64,000 nucleotides of DNA from Syntrophorhabdus sp. PtaB.Bin027 (GCA_002067585.1 MVQO01000218.1:3455-67454); one strand, 5' to 3'; positions 11,706 through 21,945 are shown, counted from the stretch's first letter. The notes: a model not told the origin generated them from the letters alone. Program-made: numbers and translations.

Positions 11706-13250
11706 CTAAAATGTACAGATAACCGCTGTCTCTCCGTCTCCATTGCTGCGGATTTCAAGGGATGCATGAATTGAATTGGCCCTGTACCGCATGATTTTCA
11801 TTCCCATTCCCTCACAGAAAGTCTTCTTGAAACCAATCCCATCATTTCTGATTGTCAGTACAGTCTGATTTTTATCGTTGCGGAAACTGATGGTGATATT
11901 CCTGGCAAGGCTATGTTTGATGGCGTTATTTACAGCTTCCTGGGCAATTCGATATAAGTGCATCGCGGTTAGGTCATCATCGATAGGAACCAGCTGATCA
12001 TATTCAACACAACATTTTATCATGAAGAGCTTCTCCACGGTATCTGCCAACTCGGAAAATGCAGCCATTAGTCCCTCTCCCACTAACCATTGCGGGTAGA
12101 GTCCCCGTGCAAGCCCTTTCGTTTGTATTATTGCATCATCAATTAGCTTCACGATCTGGTTTGCGTCTTTTGCTTCCTCAAATGACTTTGCAGCGATCTT
12201 TCTCTCCAGTGTTTTACCGAGATAAGCTATTCCTGCCAGTTGCTGGGACAGGCTATCATGAAGGTCTTGTCCTATTCTTTGCTTTTCCCATTCAGAGATC
12301 TCGAGAACCTGCTTTTCAAGCTTCCTCCACTCAGTCATGTCACGAATAATGCCAAGCACCTCATCCCTGCCGCTTACCGTTAAAAGGACTTCATAATGGT
12401 AGGTCTTTGAGCCATGACGATACTGGTGCTGAAATAGCTGTGTGGTTCCCTTCTCAAAAACCTGTTCAATATTTGTCATGCCCCGGCCCGTAATATCTTT
12501 AGATAGAAAGGGATACTCATGTGCCAAGTCCGCAATTTTCCTTCCAATAATTTTTTTGGCTTTAATTTTCTGTCCCAATGTTTTTCCCTTCTTAAAATCG
12601 AGAATCGTTCCATCCTTTTTGATTCTGAATATAAGATCAGGTATAGAATTCTGCAGGGCTTTATTTCTGACCATACTTTCTTTCAAATCATCTTCGGCCA
12701 ATTTTCTTTCTGCTATTTCTCCTATACGCTTTGCAAGGGAATTTATCAGCTTCCTCTCCTCTTTTAAAAACGGGCCTTCCCAGCACTGGGGCCTTTCTTC
12801 GAGATAGATCACCTGAAGAAAACCTGATTTCTCACCTCTTACCCGTATATCTGCTGACTGTGTCCATTTTGAGGGCCTGTAATTGGCAGTGATAAATGTG
12901 TTCGCGCCCATTGCAACCTTGGCCGCCGCAATCTCAGGATATTGCCATGCAGAAGGCATAACCTCTACCACGTGATGAAGTATTCTTTCGAGGGAAGTCC
13001 GGTGTTTCTCGACAAGACTCGACAGGGCATAGATACAATTCAACTCCTTGACTCTCTCGCCTAACGCACGGGTTTTATTCTGAAGGCTCTCCCTGGTCCG
13101 CCTGTGCTCTTTCTCTGAAGCTCTGAGGCAAGCGACTTCTTTTCGCAGCTTCGCCAACTCATCGGAATTGTTCAATTTGTCATTTTGAGAATGTGCATCC
13201 ATCTTCTCAGACGCATCAACCAGATGTGCGGATAATGTGCAGCATTCCAT
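11706..13250 (-). CDS. Cytoplasmic sensor histidine kinase (GAF-like/PAS, HisKA_3 type)
   Basis: RIGQDLHDSLSQQL H-box, YRIAQEAVNNAIKHS N-box, PAS-like region. True start may be near 13202. Confidence 0.9.
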   Translation of the reverse strand: MECCTLSAHLVDASEKMDAHSQNDKLNNSDELAKLRKEVACLRASEKEHRRTRESLQNKTRALGERVKELNCIYALSSLVEKHRTSLERILHHVVEVMPSAWQYPEIAAAKVAMGANTFITANYRPSKWTQSADIRVRGEKSGFLQVIYLEERPQCWEGPFLKEERKLINSLAKRIGEIAERKLAEDDLKESMVRNKALQNSIPDLIFRIKKDGTILDFKKGKTLGQKIKAKKIIGRKIADLAHEYPFLSKDITGRGMTNIEQVFEKGTTQLFQHQYRHGSKTYHYEVLLTVSGRDEVLGIIRDMTEWRKLEKQVLEISEWEKQRIGQDLHDSLSQQLAGIAYLGKTLERKIAAKSFEEAKDANQIVKLIDDAIIQTKGLARGLYPQWLVGEGLMAAFSELADTVEKLFMIKCCVEYDQLVPIDDDLTAMHLYRIAQEAVNNAIKHSLARNITISFRNDKNQTVLTIRNDGIGFKKTFCEGMGMKIMRYRANSIHASLEIRSNGDGETAVICTF

Positions 13251-13426
13251 ACTATACCATACATTTGGGGCGGAATTGAAGCGTTACAAGACGTACGCGG
13301 TAAGGACTGACAGCGGCAACGAGTGGGAGAAGTAAAAGAATAAGTGAAATGCTTTTCATTTCATTGCTATTTTAAAATTCACCGCTATATTTATGGTAAG
13401 ACGTATTAAAAATCAAGGAGGTAAAT

Positions 13427-13618
13427 ATGATCACTTTCGAAATGACAAAAGACGAAGCAAACATTGTCCAGAATGTCATCGAACGCTACCTCTATCATTT
13501 GCAAGTAGAAATTATGCATACAGATAAAAGAGAATTTCGAGATGCTTTGAAACAAAGGGAGAAATTTCTGAAGGATATTATAGACAGGATGAAAACAAAG
13601 ATACTTGCTGAGCCGTAG
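13427..13618 (+). CDS. Small helical hypothetical protein (63 aa)
   Basis: Strong AAGGAGG RBS; amphipathic sequence. Confidence 0.75.
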   Translation: MITFEMTKDEANIVQNVIERYLYHLQVEIMHTDKREFRDALKQREKFLKDIIDRMKTKILAEP

Positions 13619-13688
13619 GTTCTCTTTGCATCGTTCGAAAAAGGATCAGAGAACCATATCCTTGTTATGAGGCACTCCAGAGATATGG
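13618..13688. terminator. Paired inverted repeats in a convergent gap (possible terminator region)
   Basis: GGTTCTCT(13618-25)/AGAGAACC(13648-55) and CCATATC(13654-60)/GATATGG(13682-88). No clear U-tract. Confidence 0.25.
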
Positions 13689-13689
13689 A

Positions 13690-15399
13690 TCATCCCCTGT
13701 ATCTGTTGGTTATGGGCATTCTTCGGTCCTTGCCCAGTGCCTTTGGCGTAATCTTGATTCCAGGAGGGGATTGCCGTCGCTTAAACTCGCTCCCGTCTAC
13801 CATCCTCGATACCTGAATGACAACATCCTTTGCAAGAAAAGAAGAAGTAATCTCCTCGGGATGCTTGTCCTCTTCGACATAGGCCTTGAGAATGGAGTCA
13901 AGTGTTTCATATGGAGGAAGGGTATCGCGATCTTTTTGACCTGGCCTGAGTTCTGCAGTCGGTTCCTTATCAAGAATCCGTTGGGGAATTACAGGACCTA
14001 GGGAATTCCTGTAAGCACTCAATGTATACACGAGTGTCTTTGGTACGTCTTTGATGACCGCAAAGCCACCCGCCATGTCTCCATAAAGGGTTGAATAACC
14101 GACACTCATTTCTGATTTATTGCCAGCAGCCAATACAAGCCAGCCGAACTTATTTGAAAGGGCCATCAGGATATTGCCGCGAATCCTGGCCTGAATGTTC
14201 TCTTCCGTAATGTCTTCCTTGCGGTTTTTGAACAACGGCAAAAGCGTTGAAATATAGGCCATGTATACGTCATCGATGGGGACTGTAAGCAACTCGATGC
14301 CGAGATTTGCTGCGAGTTCTCGTGCATCTTCCTCTGATTCTTTGGATGTATATCGTGATGGCATAAAAACACCAGTGACATGATCTTTTCCCAGGGCATC
14401 TGCTGCAAGGGTTGCAACGATTGCCGAATCTATTCCTCCACTCAGACCCAAAGTGACCTTGTGAAAACCATTTTTCGCAACATAGTCATGGAGGCCTAGT
14501 TCAAGAGCCTTGTAAACTTCAGCAACTGGATTCAGCATCTCTCTCTGATGCCATGTAATCGCCGGTTTATCGGCATATTCTACATTCTCGGACAGCGTGA
14601 TCATTTCAAGTTTCGTGGCTCCATCTGTTTCTAACTTCCCTGTCTGTTCTTTTATAAGCTCGTTCTTGGGGATATCAATGACCAGGAGGTCTTCACTGAA
14701 TGCAGCAGCGCGTGCAATGATAGCCCCGGTGTTGTCACAAACCATACTCTGGCCATCAAAAACAAGCTCATCCTGACCACCTACCAGGTTCACGTAGAAG
14801 ATAAAAACTCTGTTAATGGAAGCATGGTGACTCACAATTTCTTCTCTAACCTTTATTTTGCCTGCTTGGTATGGGGAGGTATTGATATTGAGAATCAAAG
14901 CAGCACCTGAAGCAGCCTGCGAAGCTGTTGGCCCTTCATCAAACCATGTGTACTCGCAAATATTTACTCCAAAAATGAGTTCACCGAGTTTAAAAATAAG
15001 GGATTCATCGCCTGAAGAAAAATAACGTTTCTCATCAAATACGCCGTAATTTGACAAAAGGGTCTTGCGGCAGACACCTTTAATTTCATGGTCATATATC
15101 ACTGAAGCTGAGTTGTATATCTTGCCATTGTCTCTATCCACAAACCCCACAACCGCCACAATATCCTTTATTGACCGGGCAACCTCTTCAACTGCTCTTA
15201 TGTTATCTTCAATAAACTTTGGCTTCAGAAGCAGGTCTTCTGGCGGACAACCTGTTATTGCAAGCTCGGGAAAGACAACAATATCTGCACCCGAACCTCT
15301 TGCTTTTCGTGCATATTCAATAATCTTTGCACTGTTGCCTCTAAAGTCTCCAACAGTGCAATTAATCTGAGCAATCGCAATTCGCCAGTTTTCAGTCAT
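13690..15399 (-). CDS. nadE: Glutamine-dependent NAD+ synthetase
   Basis: N-terminal nitrilase domain (FPELA, NICE) plus LGLSGGIDS, ENIQARIRG, GNKSE, PTAELRPGQKD. Confidence 0.95.
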   Translation of the reverse strand: MTENWRIAIAQINCTVGDFRGNSAKIIEYARKARGSGADIVVFPELAITGCPPEDLLLKPKFIEDNIRAVEEVARSIKDIVAVVGFVDRDNGKIYNSASVIYDHEIKGVCRKTLLSNYGVFDEKRYFSSGDESLIFKLGELIFGVNICEYTWFDEGPTASQAASGAALILNINTSPYQAGKIKVREEIVSHHASINRVFIFYVNLVGGQDELVFDGQSMVCDNTGAIIARAAAFSEDLLVIDIPKNELIKEQTGKLETDGATKLEMITLSENVEYADKPAITWHQREMLNPVAEVYKALELGLHDYVAKNGFHKVTLGLSGGIDSAIVATLAADALGKDHVTGVFMPSRYTSKESEEDARELAANLGIELLTVPIDDVYMAYISTLLPLFKNRKEDITEENIQARIRGNILMALSNKFGWLVLAAGNKSEMSVGYSTLYGDMAGGFAVIKDVPKTLVYTLSAYRNSLGPVIPQRILDKEPTAELRPGQKDRDTLPPYETLDSILKAYVEEDKHPEEITSSFLAKDVVIQVSRMVDGSEFKRRQSPPGIKITPKALGKDRRMPITNRYRG

Positions 15400-15493
15400 A
15401 CATCATCCTGTTCAAATGCTAAGAAACACCTCAAATCGCCCAGTGTCATTTGGACGCCATAATCCCAAGGCAGACATAACATACACATTTCTG

Positions 15494-16717
15494 TCAAGAT
15501 TTTTTCCTCAGTTCAGATGAAAGGATAATTGCTTCTGCAATCTCCTTCATCGTCTTGCGTAAATCCATACTTTTTTTGTGGATCTTCTTATAAGCCTCGT
15601 CTTCTGAAACATCGAGATCCTTCATCAGGATACCTTTTGCACGCTCAACAATTTTTCGTGATTCGAGGGCCTCTCTTGCTGCCAGTATCTCTTCGCTGAG
15701 ATGGGTGTTCTCGATAGCAACAGCAGCTTGGTTCGCCACAGTTTGGAGAATGCTTATCTCCTCCGGCTTAAACTGGTGTTCTTTTTTAGTATAGCAATTT
15801 ATGACTCCAATAGCCCTATCTTTCACCATCATTGGAACAGATAACAAAGAAACGATCCCCTCTTTTCGAGCCACTTCAGGATACATGTATCCGGACTCCT
15901 GTCTAACGTCAGAGACTGTAACAGGTTGTTTTTCAAGAACCACTCTTCCGCTCACCGACTGTCCAACTTTTAGGTTCGGTTTATTAAGATATCCCCGACT
16001 GAGACTCTGGGTTGCAGCGATAAACAATTCGCTGCGCTTTTCATCGAGAAGCATTATTGAACAGATTTGCGAATCCATGACTTTTGCTGTCATAGTAACA
16101 ATCAGCTGAAGTATTTCTTTCAGATAGTGATTAGATACAATGGTTCGCGAGACTTCCGATAAAAGGTCCAACTGTTTTGCCTTTCTGATAACATCCTCAT
16201 AAATAATCGCATTGTGGATGGCGCTTCCCAGATAGCGACTAACAGTAAATAGAAGGTTTACCTGGTATTCTGGGTATCTGTGTACCTCCATATTCCGAAC
16301 ATTCATAACCCCTATGACCTCATCTTTGGATAGAATGGGTATGGACATGAACGCCTCATATTTCTCTTCCTCAAGGGATGAAAAAGTTTTAAAACGTTGG
16401 TCTTTATATGCCTCTTTCGGCAAAACAACAGGCCGTTTTTCCTTTGCAGCCCATCCTGTGACTCCCTCTCCTATCTTCAGTTTAACGCGCCCAATGGATT
16501 TTTCTTTAGGCTTGCTCGACGCAGTAAGGATAAGCTCATCATCCTGGCGGTCATAAAGATAGATAAGACAAGAGTCAGCTGTAATAAAGTTCATGATCAT
16601 AGAGATGATACGGTTAAGCAGTTCCTTCAATTCGAGGTTGCTGCTGATGTCCTTCGCAACCTCATGGAGGATTTTCAGTTCCTGCTCTTTCTGTTCTATC
16701 TTTTCACTAAGCTTCAC
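15494..16717 (-). CDS. GAF-GAF-ANTAR RNA-binding regulator
   Basis: Two GAF domains and C-terminal ANTAR (LESRKIVERAKGILM..SEDEAYKKIHKKSMD..MKEIAEAII); GTG start. Confidence 0.9.
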   Translation of the reverse strand: MKLSEKIEQKEQELKILHEVAKDISSNLELKELLNRIISMIMNFITADSCLIYLYDRQDDELILTASSKPKEKSIGRVKLKIGEGVTGWAAKEKRPVVLPKEAYKDQRFKTFSSLEEEKYEAFMSIPILSKDEVIGVMNVRNMEVHRYPEYQVNLLFTVSRYLGSAIHNAIIYEDVIRKAKQLDLLSEVSRTIVSNHYLKEILQLIVTMTAKVMDSQICSIMLLDEKRSELFIAATQSLSRGYLNKPNLKVGQSVSGRVVLEKQPVTVSDVRQESGYMYPEVARKEGIVSLLSVPMMVKDRAIGVINCYTKKEHQFKPEEISILQTVANQAAVAIENTHLSEEILAAREALESRKIVERAKGILMKDLDVSEDEAYKKIHKKSMDLRKTMKEIAEAIILSSELRKKS

Positions 16718-17173
16718 TTACCTGCCCCTTGATATATGGAAGCCCGCGGTATTCGTTGCAGTGATTAAGAATAGTGTATCCATGATTACCTTGTCAATAA
16801 AAGATCAATTCGAGTTGCAGGCATCCATGTTTGTCAATATTAGTACTGTTGATTAGGTTTTCCCTGCCAACCATTCTGGCAACTTTCCATTTTTCATAGC
16901 CAATCCTGGTCAAGTTCATGTAACTTATGACATGTAGCACTAGTCTGTCCAATATGCAAGCGAGGTAAACCTGCTAAAACCTTCTTAAGTTGCACTTGGG
17001 ATGATCGGAGAGGTGAACAACTACTACTTAAAATAGGAATCTCAACGGCAGAACCCTATTGGTTTTCTATTCATTTACCAGGGGTTTTTGACGCGGAAAA
17101 AGAAACACATTTAAGGGGCTCTGCAGTAATCTGTTCAAATGAACTGCGGGTATTCTCTCAAGCTTGTCATTTC

Positions 17174-17189
17174 TGGCACCGCATTTGCT
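17174..17189 (+). promoter_or_regulatory. sigma-54 promoter (-24/-12)
   Basis: TGGCAC-CGCAT-TTGCT with exact 12-nt GG/GC spacing, upstream of kinase 17213. Confidence 0.75.
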
Positions 17190-17212
17190 ATAATAGTAAC
17201 CGGAGTTGGGGC

Positions 17213-18928
17213 ATGCAACAAAAAATGAGTCTCGAAAAACTAAGGGTAAATCTTATTATTATTCTTATCCTCATCTCATCGGTCCCGCTGGTACTGTTCG
17301 CTATCGTGGTTTACAGGAAAGAGGCTGACCTCGTAAGGAAGAAAGTTCTATCCCACCTGAAAAGCATAGTTGCCCAGAATAGCCTTATGGTTGATGAATT
17401 CCGTCTGGAACGTATGCGCGATCTCAGCCTGCTGGCAGCAACCATCGAGGCACATGGCGGAGAATGCGACAGAATTCATCTTAAGCTTATGCACAAAGAC
17501 CGTACGATTTACAAACATATTTTTTTCGCTGATAAGGAGGGAAGAATCAGGTGTAAAACAGGTAAAGGACATCTATTTGAAAGGGGGCTTGTCAATCAGG
17601 CATGGTTTAAGGCTGCAGCAAAAGGAAAGCCTTTTATGGGAGAATTGACCTCTCGTGAAGGAAAAGACAGGTATGACCTCCTCCTCTCAGTCCCTGTGAG
17701 GATGGCTAACGGAACGACAATTGGTGTAGCAGGTGCTATTGTCGATTTTGATAATATCGCCAGTATTATGAAAAATACTGGTATAGGGCAGACAGGCGAG
17801 ATTTACATCCTGAACAAGGATGGGGTTTTTCTCACGTCAACACAAGTGGAGGAGGGCCGTTCAGGGGAGCGCATGGAGCCTGAGCTATTTGCAGGGTATT
17901 TCAAAGAGGTAGGGCCTAACGAGTATATCGACTATCGTGGTAAGAAGGTTGTACGGGTATTTAAAAAACTTTCAGATTCTAACTGGTATCTCGTTGGAGA
18001 ACAGGATGCAACAGAGGTCTTTAAGGACGTTGCAAACCTTAGAAACCTTTTTGCTGGCTTTGTAGTCCTTCTCATTGCCCTTATAACCCTTATAGGTTAT
18101 CTAATTTCAAGGAAAATTGTCCATCTGCTCAAATCCGCCTATGAGCAGAAGAAAGAATTGGAAATCCAGGTTATCCAAAAAGACAAGCTTGCCTCTATGG
18201 GACTACTGACTGCTGGAATCGCCCATGAGCTAAACACACCTCTTGCGAGCGCCCTTCTGTACACCCAGATGCTGAAAGAAGATGCCAGAAGCACATGGCC
18301 CGTGGCCCTGGAAAAACTTAGTTCAATTGAAGGAGAAATTAAAAGAGGAAGCAAAATTGTGAAGAATCTTCTCGACTTTTCAAGACAGTCCCAGACAGAT
18401 ACCGTGACAACAGATGTGAACGAGGTTCTCGGCAAACTCCTCGATATATCTGAGCAATTATGCTCTGACAGAGGCATTGAGATCAAACGAACCTTTGAAA
18501 AGAAGCTCCCCCTGGTAAAAGGTAACGCTAACATTCTTCACCAGGTTTTCATGAACATTGTTGCCAATGCTGTCGATGCCATGGAAAAAGGAGGCACTTT
18601 GAGCGTCCTCACCCGGCATATTGCTTCATTACACAAAACTGTTATAGAGATTCAGGATACTGGCACCGGAATTCCCGAAGAGCTGCTGGGCGATGTGTTC
18701 GACCCTTTTTTTACTACCAAACCCTCCGGGGAGGGAACTGGTTTGGGCCTTGCAATAAGCTATTCCATGGTGAGAAAAATGGGAGGCAACATCAGAGCGA
18801 CAAGCACCTGTGCTACTGAAAATAGCTATCCCTACCAGCCAACCGGAACAACCTTCACGATAGAGCTTCCGGCTTTAGATGATGACACACAAAGCACTGT
18901 AAAGGAAAGGATGGTAAAGACACAATGA
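17213..18928 (+). CDS. Membrane dCache-type sensor histidine kinase
   Basis: Two TM segments flank a periplasmic Cache-like domain; AGIAHELNTPL H-box; DTGTGI and GTGLGL boxes. Confidence 0.92.
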   Translation: MQQKMSLEKLRVNLIIILILISSVPLVLFAIVVYRKEADLVRKKVLSHLKSIVAQNSLMVDEFRLERMRDLSLLAATIEAHGGECDRIHLKLMHKDRTIYKHIFFADKEGRIRCKTGKGHLFERGLVNQAWFKAAAKGKPFMGELTSREGKDRYDLLLSVPVRMANGTTIGVAGAIVDFDNIASIMKNTGIGQTGEIYILNKDGVFLTSTQVEEGRSGERMEPELFAGYFKEVGPNEYIDYRGKKVVRVFKKLSDSNWYLVGEQDATEVFKDVANLRNLFAGFVVLLIALITLIGYLISRKIVHLLKSAYEQKKELEIQVIQKDKLASMGLLTAGIAHELNTPLASALLYTQMLKEDARSTWPVALEKLSSIEGEIKRGSKIVKNLLDFSRQSQTDTVTTDVNEVLGKLLDISEQLCSDRGIEIKRTFEKKLPLVKGNANILHQVFMNIVANAVDAMEKGGTLSVLTRHIASLHKTVIEIQDTGTGIPEELLGDVFDPFFTTKPSGEGTGLGLAISYSMVRKMGGNIRATSTCATENSYPYQPTGTTFTIELPALDDDTQSTVKERMVKTQ

Positions 18929-20280
18929 AACCCTCACAAATTCTCATTGTAGAAGATGATCGAAAAATGAGGCTGGCACTGCGAGAAATCATGACAAAGG
19001 AAGGGTACTCTGTTGACACAGTAGAGACAGGGGAAGCTGCGCTTGGTCGGGTAGAAGAAACAAGTTATGACCTGGTAATTACAGACCTCAAGCTGCCTGG
19101 AATAGATGGAATGAGTCTGCTCAAGGCCATTCGTAAATCAAGACCTGACACAAGCGTGGTCATTATAACAGCTTATGCAACGGTAGATACTGCAGTTGAG
19201 GCAATGCGGGAAGGAGCAGAGGACTACATATCAAAACCTTTCAACCTTGATGAAATAAGGATCATCGTGAAAAAAGTGCTTGAAAAAAAGGCACTTTTGG
19301 ATGATAACAGGCTCCTAAGAAACCAGCTCAAGAAAAAATACAGCTATGATAATGTGGTGGGTAATAGCGAGGCTATGATTGAGGTCTACAAAACCATTGA
19401 CAAGGTGAAGGATGCAAAAGCAACCGTTCTGATCTTGGGCGAGACTGGGACGGGCAAGGAGCTTGTGGCAAGAGCTATCCATTACAACAGTACCCGTTCT
19501 GGAGAACCATTTCTTCCTGTTAATTGTGCGGCCCTCACAGAGTCTCTCCTTGAAAGCGAGCTCTTTGGGTACGTAAAAGGTGCATTTACAGGGGCTCTAA
19601 AGGATAAACTGGGTGTGTTCGAAACAGCTGATGGTGGTACAGTTTTCCTCGATGAAATCGGGGACATAAGCCCTCGCCTGCAACAGGTATTGCTCCGGGT
19701 TTTGGAGAACGGAGAGATTCAGCCAGTGGGCTCGACAGCACGGAAAAAGGTTGATGTCAGGGTTGTTGCAGCTACAAACAAAAACCTGGAAGAGTTAATG
19801 AAGACATCATTATTCAGAGCTGATCTTTACTATCGTCTCAACGTAATCTCCCTACGGCTGCCCTCCCTGTTGGAGAGAAAAGAAGATATTCCAGCCCTTG
19901 CAAACCATTTTCTCAGAAAGTACTCGGCTGAAAACAACAAAACCATAACCGGCATATCAAAGGAGGCGCTTCAGATGCTTGAAGGCTATAACTGGCCTGG
20001 GAATGTACGGGAACTCGAAAATGTAATCGAACGGGCTACACTCCTTGAAACAACAGACGAAATTACCGTTGATAGTCTCTCTGAGAAAATACGGAGTTCC
20101 CTGAATAGATCTCCGGTGGTACTTGAGGAGGACCTGAGGACTCTTGAGGAAGTCGGTAGGGCATATATAATAGAAGTCCTTGAGAAGACAGGCGGAAACA
20201 AGGTTAAGACCTCCGAGATCCTGGGTATTAATCGTACCTCTCTCTGGCGGATGATGCAGAGATTGAAAATCGTTGCATAA
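18925..20280 (+). CDS. sigma-54-dependent response regulator (NtrC/AtoC family)
   Basis: REC domain, GETGTGKE, GAFTGA, WPGNVRELEN, Fis-type HTH; ATGA overlap with the kinase. Confidence 0.95.
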   Translation: MKPSQILIVEDDRKMRLALREIMTKEGYSVDTVETGEAALGRVEETSYDLVITDLKLPGIDGMSLLKAIRKSRPDTSVVIITAYATVDTAVEAMREGAEDYISKPFNLDEIRIIVKKVLEKKALLDDNRLLRNQLKKKYSYDNVVGNSEAMIEVYKTIDKVKDAKATVLILGETGTGKELVARAIHYNSTRSGEPFLPVNCAALTESLLESELFGYVKGAFTGALKDKLGVFETADGGTVFLDEIGDISPRLQQVLLRVLENGEIQPVGSTARKKVDVRVVAATNKNLEELMKTSLFRADLYYRLNVISLRLPSLLERKEDIPALANHFLRKYSAENNKTITGISKEALQMLEGYNWPGNVRELENVIERATLLETTDEITVDSLSEKIRSSLNRSPVVLEEDLRTLEEVGRAYIIEVLEKTGGNKVKTSEILGINRTSLWRMMQRLKIVA

Positions 20281-20305
20281 TGCAACATAGGCTGCAAAAA
20301 GCAAC
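20272..20305 (+). promoter_or_regulatory. Tandem palindromic enhancer-like sites
   Basis: GTTGCATAATGCAAC (20272-86, perfect arms) and GCTGCAAAAAGCAAC (20291-305), about 100-130 nt upstream of a sigma-54 promoter. Confidence 0.6.
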
Positions 20306-20398
20306 ACAGTTCTGGGAATATTTTTTCTGTATCCCCCGATTTAACCATACTTCTAAGCGAAAATAACTCCACTTACCTGTATTTAATGTACTTTTTCT

Positions 20399-20415
20399 TG
20401 GGCATGTTATTTGCT
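20399..20415 (+). promoter_or_regulatory. sigma-54 promoter (-24/-12)
   Basis: TGGGCAT-GTTAT-TTGCT; GG at 20401-02, GC at 20413-14. Confidence 0.7.
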
Positions 20416-20448
20416 TTATTAACTGATATCGAGCCAAGGGAGGAGGGA

Positions 20449-20880
20449 ATGAATATACGTTTTATTGATAAACACAGGGATTTTCAAATTACTTATGACA
20501 GACTTCTTGAGTTGAAAAATTCATTTGTCCTTGATCAGCATCAGCAGTTCCTTTGTAGAGCCCTCAGGCAAGATGGAAACTGGAGGCTTAAGGAAAGGAT
20601 TTTGGAATTTGCCATAGATATCCGAAAGCCCACAGATGACTTCATTGAGAACATCTGTGCTGTCATGACAAACAGAAACACGTCCATTAATGCCCGAATC
20701 CTTGCAGCTGACGCCCTTCGAGTCGTTGTGCCAAGGAAGGTGCGGCAAACCATGGCTTATCCTACCTTTCGGGGGGCATCAGTTTTGCGGGTCATGAAAG
20801 ACATTCTCAAGGCACCAGAGGTTCCTGAGCTTCACGAAGCAGTTACGCGAGCCTTGAAAGCTATTCAGGAAGGATCGTGA
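20449..20880 (+). CDS. Hypothetical HEAT-repeat-like helical protein (143 aa)
   Basis: Part of track ORF 20386-20880; start reassigned to ATG 20449 after GGAGGAGG and downstream of the sigma-54 promoter. ARILAADAL and VTRALKAI look HEAT-like. Confidence 0.7.
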   Translation: MNIRFIDKHRDFQITYDRLLELKNSFVLDQHQQFLCRALRQDGNWRLKERILEFAIDIRKPTDDFIENICAVMTNRNTSINARILAADALRVVVPRKVRQTMAYPTFRGASVLRVMKDILKAPEVPELHEAVTRALKAIQEGS

Positions 20881-20907
20881 AGCAAAAACGACAGCAGGGG
20901 GTGGACC

Positions 20908-21945
20908 ATGACACATAGAGACTACACACCAGAAGTCACACGGGTGCCAACCGGCTACAACTGTGACGGTATGAAAATCATCACATACTTTTCCGATGGT
21001 AAAGAGATTGCCAAAGAAATTCTCTGCGACAACGGGCTTCAGCTCGTGATGACAGGCACCATACCGGATGGCACTGTATTGGAGTATTATTGGGTGGGAA
21101 CCCTGCACAGGGTTTTCACATATGCAAACAATAGGGCCCATGGCCGCAGTCACACATTTTACCCTGATGGTGCAATCTGGATGGAACAAGAATTCATCGA
21201 CGGCCTACTCCATGGCCCTATGAAAACATTTTACAAAGGCGGCACGATCCAAGAAGAATGTACATACAAAAGCGGCAGACTCCATGGGGAGCTTAAAAGG
21301 TATTATGAAGACGGAACTCTTGATACTCTGGCATACTTTAATGAGGGTAAGCTGGACGGAGACTACTGTACATACTTTCAGAACGGGATGCCCAGAGAAA
21401 AAAGCATCTTCAGAGATGGGATAAGAGAGGGAAACTCAATCAAATATTATGAGACAGGGGAGCTACAGTGCATAGATCTATGCCTTGAAGGGAGGGTGGC
21501 CCACAGAAAGAGATTTGATGAGAGAGGAAGATTAATTTCAGACCAGTCAGAGCCAGTTGCTGAGATTGAAGAAGAAAAAAGCATAGAAGCAAAGGAACAC
21601 ATGAACAGGGGCATGGACCTAGCAACTATGGGGTGCCATAAGCAAGCTGCAGAAGAATTCCAACGGGCTATTTCCGCAGATCCCTTCACCTACGAAGCAT
21701 ACCTGAGGCTTGCTGTTGCCTACCGGCGTCTCGGCTTTTACGGTGATTGCATCGATACGCTCGGGAAGTTGCTCGAAATTAACCCCCACCACCTTGAAGC
21801 CCGTTTTAACCTTGCAATAGCCCATGTAGTGACAGGAAACAGGGGGGAAGCGCTTGCTGGCTATCATGTATTGAGAGACATAGACGAAGGGTATGCACAC
21901 GGGCTAATGACCATTCTGGAATCGCCCAGATTGCATCTGCAATGA
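20908..21945 (+). CDS. MORN-variant (YwqK-like) repeat protein with C-terminal TPRs
   Basis: Repeated (Y/F)xxG.L.G...YYxxG units followed by TPR motifs (HMNRGMDL..AISADP..AYLRLAVAY..LEINP). Confidence 0.85.
   Translation: MTHRDYTPEVTRVPTGYNCDGMKIITYFSDGKEIAKEILCDNGLQLVMTGTIPDGTVLEYYWVGTLHRVFTYANNRAHGRSHTFYPDGAIWMEQEFIDGLLHGPMKTFYKGGTIQEECTYKSGRLHGELKRYYEDGTLDTLAYFNEGKLDGDYCTYFQNGMPREKSIFRDGIREGNSIKYYETGELQCIDLCLEGRVAHRKRFDERGRLISDQSEPVAEIEEEKSIEAKEHMNRGMDLATMGCHKQAAEEFQRAISADPFTYEAYLRLAVAYRRLGFYGDCIDTLGKLLEINPHHLEARFNLAIAHVVTGNRGEALAGYHVLRDIDEGYAHGLMTILESPRLHLQ

Noticed and set aside
15400-15493. Possible ANTAR target dual hairpin in the nadE leader
   Set aside because: Only one hairpin, with an 8-nt loop; the canonical tandem hexaloop arrangement was not found.
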